64,000 nt of DNA from Paramecium tetraurelia (lineage: Eukaryota). Position 1 is the stretch's first letter; the number at the start of each line of letters is the position of its first letter. Shown in pieces: positions 55,519 through 64,000 of the stretch. A program made the position numbers and the translations under genes. The stretch is taken from assembly GCA_000165425.1 (NCBI GenBank), contig CT868096.1:310001-374000 (forward strand), in the 5' to 3' direction. Under the pieces are notes generated by a model. That model did not search any database and was not told the origin of the DNA. It saw nothing but the letters and a program-made list of their open reading frames with translations.

Positions 55519-57802
55519 ATGCAGTTACTGAATTTAGATCAACTAGTTTATCCAATTATGATGTAAATTAGAGCACTTAGGGAAGTTAAATAATAGGATT
55601 TAATGATATAGTCGATCCTTGTAAGTATTCAATTAAGGTAGGAATGTCAAAACAAAGTGGAATGCTTGGTTTTGTGTTTAATGAAATTTGCATTAGATTA
55701 CGTTATAGATGGCCCAAATAAAGTTTAAATATAGTATCATTACGAGAGAAGCATAATTAAATAAGAACTCAATTGTAAATTACAGCGTTTGCAAGAATTT
55801 CTTAGTAAATATGAATTTTCAAAGCTCAAAAGATAAATCGATGAAGAAATTTAAAACCCAGAAGGATTTAGTGAGACTTCTAGTGATAATGAATAAGAAA
55901 GTTTCTAAATTAAATTGGTATAACGTCTATTAATAAGACAGGTCATCTTAAAGAATTTAGCCCTGAAATTCAAAAATTGAATGCTATTATCCAGGATTTG
56001 AAGTCGTAATTATAATCATATGAAGCCAAAGAAATGAGGAGAAGAAATTCTATTGATTAATTAACTACTGCGCATTTTAAAGAAGTTTAAGCATTGAAAT
56101 AATAGATTAGAATTTAAAGTTAAGAGGAAGAACTTAACGAATATATAGAAGTCATATATTTTGATAGAACTTCCACTTTAGAACCAGAGATCTGTGAAAT
56201 GATGAATGAAAAAATTAGGAATATTAAATAACAATATGAAAGATATGTCTAATAGTTTATGTAGAGAAAAAAATCATAAATAATTGAACCTATCTAAGCA
56301 AAACAAAAAGATGAATCGAATAGATCCGTTGAAAATTTAACAGAAAAAGAATTGACTAAACTACTTTTGAATAAACAATCGAATCCCTATATAATTTGGA
56401 AGTTGATTGAAGAATAAAGATCTTGTAGATTTTTACTTTGTGTTTTAACCAATCAAGAAAAGCAATATGGGATTTCTTACAAGGAGATAAATGAGATATT
56501 AAGATGCAATAAACAGGACCTAAGAAAACTGCAAGAAATAAAAAATTAGATGTAGGAGTCGGAAATCTTATTGTCTGCTCAATTTGCAATTTAAATATAA
56601 TCGTATAAAAGATAAGTGGTAAATCTTACTTCCTAAATCTAAGAGTAATCTGCCTATTATTCACAATAGATAAAAATTTAATCAGATAAAAATCTAAATG
56701 AGAACTCATTGTAATTACAGTTACAAATAGATTTTTTCAATAAAAAGATATAATAGTTACTAAACGATAACACCAATTGCAAATTAGAAATAGATAAATT
56801 ATAGATTACAATTAAATCACAATAGCAATAAATATAATTTATGCATGACAATACTAAGTTGTTATATACAATTATTGATTCAAAAGCACAACTTTATTCT
56901 TAGTTAGATAAATTTGATTGGTCTAAAGATTAATTCAAGATAATTTCAACAATCCAACAATAAATAGCAAATATAGACCCATTTTTATGTGTACTATTTT
57001 AATCCCAGTAGTCACTTCTACTTTTTCAACATCAAGCTTATAAAATAGCATCAAATGTAGATATAACTCCCCTCTCAAAATGTACTCAAACAGAGGAAAA
57101 AGATTAAATGTAATGCATAATATTAAATTAACCCACTTCAGATCGAGAAAATAAATTTAAAAAAGTTAATAAACATACTTAAACTAATTAAGTGAATTAA
57201 TATTCTACAAGGAAAATAAATAAAACTGAAAATCTCTTGGATTCTAAACATCTGTAGATTAATCAAATGAAATTTAAATAGAGGATTGAAAATGATGTAT
57301 TTGATAGATTGTTTGAAAACTCATAAAAAGTGAATCAAAAAATGTAGTAATTGAGACCATTCATAGAAAGAATGAATGAAAAAGAATTTTCTGACATTTT
57401 GTAGATCTTCAACTCTTTATAATATGATCATTCAAATGATAAATTTTAATTAGATCTATCATCTCCTAATAATCAAATTATAGAATTACCATAACAAAAA
57501 CCTCCATCATTGGATTTGACTTAAAGATCACTAAAATTTATGAATACTCTTAAATAGAATAAACTTAACATTCAAAAGAAACCTAGCAGATCTGTCGATT
57601 AAAGCTAAGCCTATTAATAAGCTAATTAGTATAAATTTTATTTAATTTTAGACTTTTTACCGATTTGGATAAACAAAGAGCATAAGCCCAATTCTAATTT
57701 TAATAAAGCCGTACAGGATCATTAAATAGAAGAATTTCTCGATTTATCCCTACTTCTTTGGATGAAAAAATAAAGTAAAAAAGATTGTTTTCTATAAACT
57801 GA
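55519..57802 (+). CDS. Hypothetical Q/K/E-rich coiled-coil protein (exon structure approximate)
   Basis: ATG 55519, several 20-25-nt GT..AG introns link long TGA-free segments; ends ...RRISRFIPTSLDEKIKQKRLFSIN-TGA. Confidence 0.6.
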
Positions 57803-57811
57803 TTCAAATAT

Positions 57812-58187
57812 TCACAAACTCTTCAAGAATTGAATAATATCTGCTCTTTCTTAAGGATTAGCAATCTTTGTTTATGCCATTTTAGTATCTCTAAAATAAG
57901 CTTTTGGATCTTTAAGAAATAGAAACATGTTTTTTTCAGTCCAAGTCTCATTACAATTTCTCATTGATTTAGAGTAATGAAACAGAGTTGATCCTATTCT
58001 TTTCCCCATAATTTTTCTTGATTGATGATTTTAATTGATACTTTAATGTTGGTGCAGCTAATTCTTATTTATCATCTTCAAAATTGTGACAAGCACCACA
58101 CTTAAACTCAAACATCTGCTATCCCCTTTTTGCATCGCCATTAGGAATCTAAACCTATTCATTAACATCAAATCTCGATTAAGACAT
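57812..58187 (-). CDS. CYC: Cytochrome c (divergent isoform)
   Basis: GDAKRGQQMFEFKCGACH (CxxCH), YSKSM, W, FLKDPKAY..TKM (axial Met), ERADIIQFL; one 25-nt intron. Confidence 0.9.
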
Positions 58188-58545
58188 TAAAATTGTAATA
58201 AAAATTATTTATTCAAAATAACTTTAAATTGTACCTCTTAAGAATGATTATAATATCCCAATTAATTTTTTATAATATAAATATTGCTGATATCCTTTAG
58301 TTACATATTTGTATGAATTTATCATAAAAGATACAGAATTTTAGAAAAATATTAATTGAATTTTTGATTAATTATAAATTAAATTAATATCTAAAAGATT
58401 TCGCTATTTTAATATAATTTAAGTGATATCTTAATCTAAAATGTTGATTAAATTTCCTCTTTTTAAAATTGATTGCAAATTAATGAATCTTTAAATATAA
58501 TTGTAGCTAATTAAATGTAATTATTAAATAAATATTAAATTAGGA

Positions 58546-59373
58546 TCATTTAATAGAGGATCTACACATAGGGCATATTGGTTTTTGTTTGACCCAGTTG
58601 TCTATACATTCCTTATGATAAGAGTGATCACATTGAAGAACTATATATTTATCTGTTATTTTCTCTAAACAAATTATACAATCTAGTTCAGTTTCCAAAC
58701 ATGTTTTCTCTTGTAACTAGATATTTACATTTTCTATTGGGTAATTCTGTAGTGTTATTTGATTATTTCTTCTGAAATTGAAATTGGAAAATAAAAATAA
58801 AAAGCAACATTTAATTACACCTAGAAAGGGAAGTAATAGTAATTAAAATCTTCTAGCAAAATATAAGGTGATTTCTAAAAGGATGATATATGAATAAGAA
58901 TTAATAGATGCTTATATGTATCTATATACTTCATAAGGTGTAGATAAAAAGAGAACGATTTCAAAACTAAGTAGGATACAAATTGATACATTAAATTAGA
59001 GATTTTGACTATCAAGAAATTTGTGTGATATATTATTATGCTGTTGTTTAATTGATCTGAATCAAAAGATTATAGATTATTAAATGGTTCACTCCAATTA
59101 TAATCAAAATTTTAAACTTAGTTTTTGTGTTTATAAATTAAGTATGAGTAATAATGGGTTAAAGCTATGCTCTTTTCTAATGAGGAAAAGTATATTTACC
59201 TAAATAAAAACTATTAATGAACTCTAATAAAATTTGTATAATGTAGTATTCTTTTGAATAAAGCAAATAGTTATCAAGTATACAATAACTTCAATGTATT
59301 TTATGAGTAAATCAGTTCTAATATTTCTTAAGAGTTTCTTTAAATTTTATAGGATAATTTATTATTAATCCAT
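58546..59373 (-). CDS. Membrane-associated RING-H2 E3 ligase-like protein (exon structure approximate)
   Basis: C-terminal CIICLE..LQCDHSYHKECIDNW....ICPMCR-SSIK-TGA; hydrophobic segments upstream. Confidence 0.7.
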
Positions 59374-59927
59374 TTAATATAAATTAATGATCAATTTTCT
59401 AATTCAAGAGCTAGCAAGAGCAGATGATTAATACGGTATGGGATATCTGTGATGAATTTGAATGTCAAAATTTTGGAATTAGAACTAAAAGAGTTATAAT
59501 TGAATTTGAGTGAAAAGCATATTATTCAAGATGATTTATAAATTTGATAATCAACAATGCAATTCTAAATACTTGAGAAATATAATTGTTATTAAATTTG
59601 AAAAAGAAATAGAAATAAAATAGAATTACACAAGAGTGAAGAGAAAAAGAATAAAATAAAGATAATAATTACAGATTTTTATATGTTGCTTAGAATTAAA
59701 TTTAATAGATCATTAATTTTAGCTATAGATGTGCATTAACTTAATAACATTCTAGGCTTGAATCTAAATGCCATATTTACAATAAGAATTTAGAACTTCG
59801 TTTTGAACACATTATTAACAAAATTTCACTTAAGAAAAAGCCATGACATTTATTTATAAACCTGTTTAATAAGAGATAGAGTTTGTTTGATTTTAAAATT
59901 ATGTTGGTATTATATATTATGATGAAA

Positions 59928-61029
59928 TCAATACTTTCTACTCCAGGGTTTATCATCTGGAATTTCTGATTTGGATGCAAATTGATTAGCTTTTGCTTAA
60001 GGGTTCTACTCGAAGTATTTCTTGGCTTCTTCATATATTTGATAATCTTCTGAATATTTCTACATATCTAAAGATTGAATTAATAATATGTTTACTCTCT
60101 GAAAATTAGCTTAAATCTTATTCATATTAATCTTATTGACTTTTCAAGTTTTCGGAATCCATGAACATGGGTGGTTGTTATTTCATGAATACTCTTTGCT
60201 CAATAAATTCTTCATCCTCGTATTCTAATGGGAAATTCAATTCAGCTATTTTCTACAAGGCTTCTTCTTCAGTGCCCCTTTATTATTTTATGAATCTTTC
60301 ATCGGTGTCTATAACAATCTAATTCGATAGGTCATCATACTTATCTGAAATTCTTTGATGTCTCTTCCCCATGGACTTAGGCTAATTCTAGTAACTCCTA
60401 TTTATATTCTCTCAAAATCTGCAATTCTTAAGGAGTAATATCCCTTAAATATTTAGCTGGAGATCCTGCCCATACTTCTCCTTATTTGACTTCTGTGCCT
60501 TCTGGAACAAGAGAACCTGCTGCAACAATTCCTTGAATATTTGCACCTTCTTTAATCGTTGATCCCATGCCAATAAATGCATCATCACCTATAGTACACC
60601 CTTGTAAATTAGAATTTGGTCCAACTAAAGAGTTGTTGCCAACTGTAATTGCTTTGGTTGCTTTTATGTACACATTATCTTAAATAAGAGAATTCTTTCC
60701 CACTGTTATTGAATTATTATCTGCTCTTAATGTTGCCCCATACCATATAGATGAGCTATCAAATCAATATCTTAACCTTACTTTTATTTTAAAATAACAT
60801 TTCCAATCAATACTGAATTTGGGGCTGTAAATATGGCATCTCCAATCTAGGGTTTATGTCCCTTTGCTTCCACTTATCTCAAACATTACACTAAACGATC
60901 ATCGCTGGTCTCGCTTCCCAAAATATCATTCCCCTAGGTTAATAAGCTCTTTCCTAGTCTTCTATAGTAAGGACCAACTGTATTAAGCACAAAGGAGTCA
61001 AATAATTGGAGAATCTTAACTTTGAACAT
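59928..61029 (-). CDS. Gamma-carbonic-anhydrase-like hexapeptide-repeat protein (probable mitochondrial complex I CA-module subunit)
   Basis: APNSVLIGNV, IWYGATLRAD, IQDN, CTIGDDAFIGMGS, VAAGSLV, WAGSPAKYLR; three short introns; ends DKPWSRKY-TGA. Confidence 0.85.
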
Positions 61030-61036
61030 AATTATT

Positions 61037-62541
61037 ATGTAATTTTAATCAATTTTAACTTAGAAAAGAGAAGAATTTCGAGTTTCCATTAGAAAACAAG
61101 AGATAGAAGCTATTTTTAAAAGCAGACGATTAATGTTGGTTGAATAATCTTCATTGACTCAGTCACTATCCCAAATCTTCGTTCAAATCAAATAACATTT
61201 ACTAGCATAAGATTAATCCTAATTGCTTGGTCTCCTCAAATAACTATACACAAAAATTTTAGTAGAAAAAACAATATCTATATAATTGAATGAATTCAAT
61301 TTCATTTTTGAAATTCTTGAAAATTATGCTCAATATTCAGATGATGTCTTAGAGACTATTTTATTGATAATCTATGGTTTGACATTTTCGAGTACTATTG
61401 ATGAATTCGAAGCCTTTCTATAGTCATCACAATTGTTAAGCTAACTTAATGGTTTATCTTATAATTGCTCTTAATTTTCATTGGATTTCGTAGATTTACT
61501 CTTACTCATACTAGAAAATATAGCCAGAAAATCGAATGCATGTTTAAATCAATTGATATAAAACAATTTCTTAATCGTAATCAAATGGATGCTAGAGACT
61601 GTTGAGATTTAAAATAATGAAAAATGCGTAATTAGTCTTCTAGGATTTCTATCAGTGTTTGTTGAATAAAGTTTTAATAAAGAATACAAAGACTTACAAA
61701 TAATCTTGTTAAACATCAATATACTCTGTAAAATCTTATTGAAGATCAACTATTTCTCTATTGAGCAACTGTTGAATGATTCTGACAATTTAGAAAAATA
61801 TGAGATAAAGATAAATTTGATTACAAAATTACTAAATGTGATCAAATATTACACAGACAAATTACAATAATAAGCTAATATATATGAATACAAATACGTT
61901 TGGAAAGTTGTTATATTAATCAATTTTTCTGATTGCTAACTAATAATATTTTAGAAAATTACTTCATACATATTATCAATATAGACTTAGAGTAATGAAT
62001 TTTCAATTAAATATATTCTCAAAGAAAATTAATAAATCCTTGAAAATCTTATTAGTACTTTAAGCAAATAACATAACCCTTCAGGAGATATTGAAAAATT
62101 CAGAATGCACAATGCCAATACTTTTAGAAATATTTATCAACACTTAGATTAAACAAATCTTAAGATTTATGAATAAAGTTTAACTGATTTAATCGAAATC
62201 GAATGTAATATATCATCACTATAAAATAGAATCATGTAAAGTACTTTCCATTTTGCTTGAGTGTCTTTATATTTTAATCTAAAGATTCGCTGACTTAAAA
62301 TACCTGCCATTGATTGAAATCAAATTGAAATAATGCTATGAATGTTCATGTTGGTAAAGTCTTAAATATTTAATGCTTTGTAAGTATCTCAATTAATATT
62401 ATAGCTATTGCATTGATAAGTGAATAGGATGCAATGAAATCACTCAAGGAATCGAAGATTGGTTATTATCTTGAGCTCTTAAGTTAAAGTGGAAGCAAAC
62501 AGATTCAAACTCTAGCTTGTAAATTATTAGAATAAATTTGA
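61037..62541 (+). CDS. Divergent importin-alpha-like (IBB-like N-terminus, ARM-like helical body)
   Basis: N-terminal KREEFRVSIRKQEIEAIFKSRR resembles the importin-beta-binding motif; Leu/Ile-rich helical sequence; short introns near 62204 and 62380. Confidence 0.65.
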
Positions 62542-62716
62542 TTTAATAAAATCTCTATAAGATTAAATGAAATGGCTAATCCAAATTTATTTTCTTTTCA
62601 TTTACAACTTGAAATTGAGGATATATAGACAAATACTTCTTTTTTAGGATAGAAAGCATGCTTCTTATCAAGGAAGTAGCTTATTATTATTGTATAAATA
62701 AAAATTAAATAATTAA

Positions 62717-63846
62717 ATGCTTCCAAAAATTTAAGGACAAACAGTTGGGAGAAAAGAGAATTTGGCTTCATAACAGATAGTAGAAGATCATCTTAAAAAC
62801 ATTTTGAAAAAACAAGAAAACTAAGTAATACAATTATTGAATTATATACAGAATTATAAAGCTTGGAAAACCCCATATGCTCCAAAGAATCCTCATTCAC
62901 CATTTGGAGATTTTCCAAGAGAATATTTGCCAAAAGAAAAGGCTAATTAATAAAAAGTAATTGAACCTGTTCACGAGACTTCCTAAAATGCTCTAATAAC
63001 AAGTAAAGGGTTGTTTGAGATTAAATAGATAAATATTAGGGGACTCATTAAGGAACAGGAGGAAGAACTAGTTCATAATTATAGAAGAAAGAAGAATACA
63101 GACCTGCACCACCGAAAGCAGGAGCATACGACTAGAGAACAATATCAGTTTCAGATTTCAGGAGATATTATGATCGAGGGGATTTACCCATTAAAGTTTC
63201 AATTTTCAAAATATCAATAGGTTGATCATTAAGGAAGTGTAAATAGAATTATATGGAAAATATCTCCAGAACAATTGGATTATCATCATTATTTGCCAAT
63301 CTTTTTTGATGGATTAAGAGTATTTTGATAAATTTAAAATAAGGAAAAAATGGATCCTTACAGATTCTTGGCAATCTTGGGAACATATGGATTACTCGAG
63401 AATGGAGGTAATAAGATATTACCAGTTATTCCATAATTGATTATTCCAATCAAAAGTAATATGCAGTTTTAGAATAATAGCAAATTTGAATACTAGAGAT
63501 CCAAGTATTATGGAAGTTCAATTAAAGGTATTACAAAAATTAGTGTTGAGTGGAGAAATGGTTGGGGAAGCATTAGGTAATACAGAAATCTCAAATTATT
63601 AGTACCATATTATAGACAATTATTGCCAATAATGAATTTATATAAAAACAGAAATTCTAATTTGGGTGATTTTATTGAGTACAACCAAAGAAAAAGAGTT
63701 AACGTTGGTGACTTGATCTAAGAAACATTAGAATTATTTGAATAAACAGGAGGAGAAGTAACACTTTTAGATTAATAAAATAATAGGATGCATATATAAA
63801 TATTAAATACATGATCCCAACTTATGAGAGTTGCATTTTAAATTGA
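62717..63846 (+). CDS. PACRG: Parkin co-regulated gene protein (axonemal inner junction)
   Basis: [72 protein letters not shown]; multiple short introns. Confidence 0.93.
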
Positions 63847-64000
63847 AAAAGAATAATAATATATATATAAACATTAATAATTACACAAACAATTCTCATA
63901 ATATCACCAGATATTTAGTATTTAAACTAAAAGCTAACATTCACAAGAAAGAATAAAGCTAATTATTATGCCATAAAAATACATATATAAGATTAATACG

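Noticed and set aside
59387..59830. Possible plus-strand gene between the RING and gamma-CA genes
   Set aside because: Every frame tried hits TGA and no convincing splice model was found; at best a decayed remnant.
1..64000. Telomeric repeats, IESs, transposons, tRNA/rRNA, CRISPR
   Set aside because: No C4A2/C3A3 tracts, transposase ORFs, TA-bounded insertions between paralogues, or RNA-gene signatures were seen by eye.

Overview
AT-rich eukaryotic macronuclear-type DNA from a ciliate, most likely Paramecium. TAA/TAG read as Gln, TGA is the only stop, introns are 20-30 nt GT..AG, and the intergenic gaps are tiny. The supplied ORF track uses the wrong code, so most of its entries are fragments or spurious. 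The left 40 kb holds three same-strand paralogues (1-9839 partial, 12588-23531, 29251-40180) of a giant (~3,590 aa) surface receptor. Its architecture is signal peptide, two LamG-like modules, ~1,700-1,900 aa of furin-like Cys repeats, REJ module, EGF, degenerate GAIN/GPS and five TM helices. That resembles a polycystin-1/REJ protein without PLAT or channel domains. Copies 1 and 3 are a sequence mosaic (divergent N-terminal part, near-identical centre and C-terminal part), and each carries six +1 insertions that may be assembly errors. Small genes between the copies include a PDI and TMEM208. The right 24 kb is a dense gene array: two secreted beta/gamma-crystallin proteins, PP6, two tandem divergent Rabs, an R2R3-Myb, CCDC22, a CMC4-like twin-CX9C protein, an EF-hand protein, a divergent cytochrome c, a RING-H2 protein, a His-less gamma-carbonic-anhydrase-like protein, an importin-alpha-like protein and PACRG. 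All translations and alignments were done by eye.
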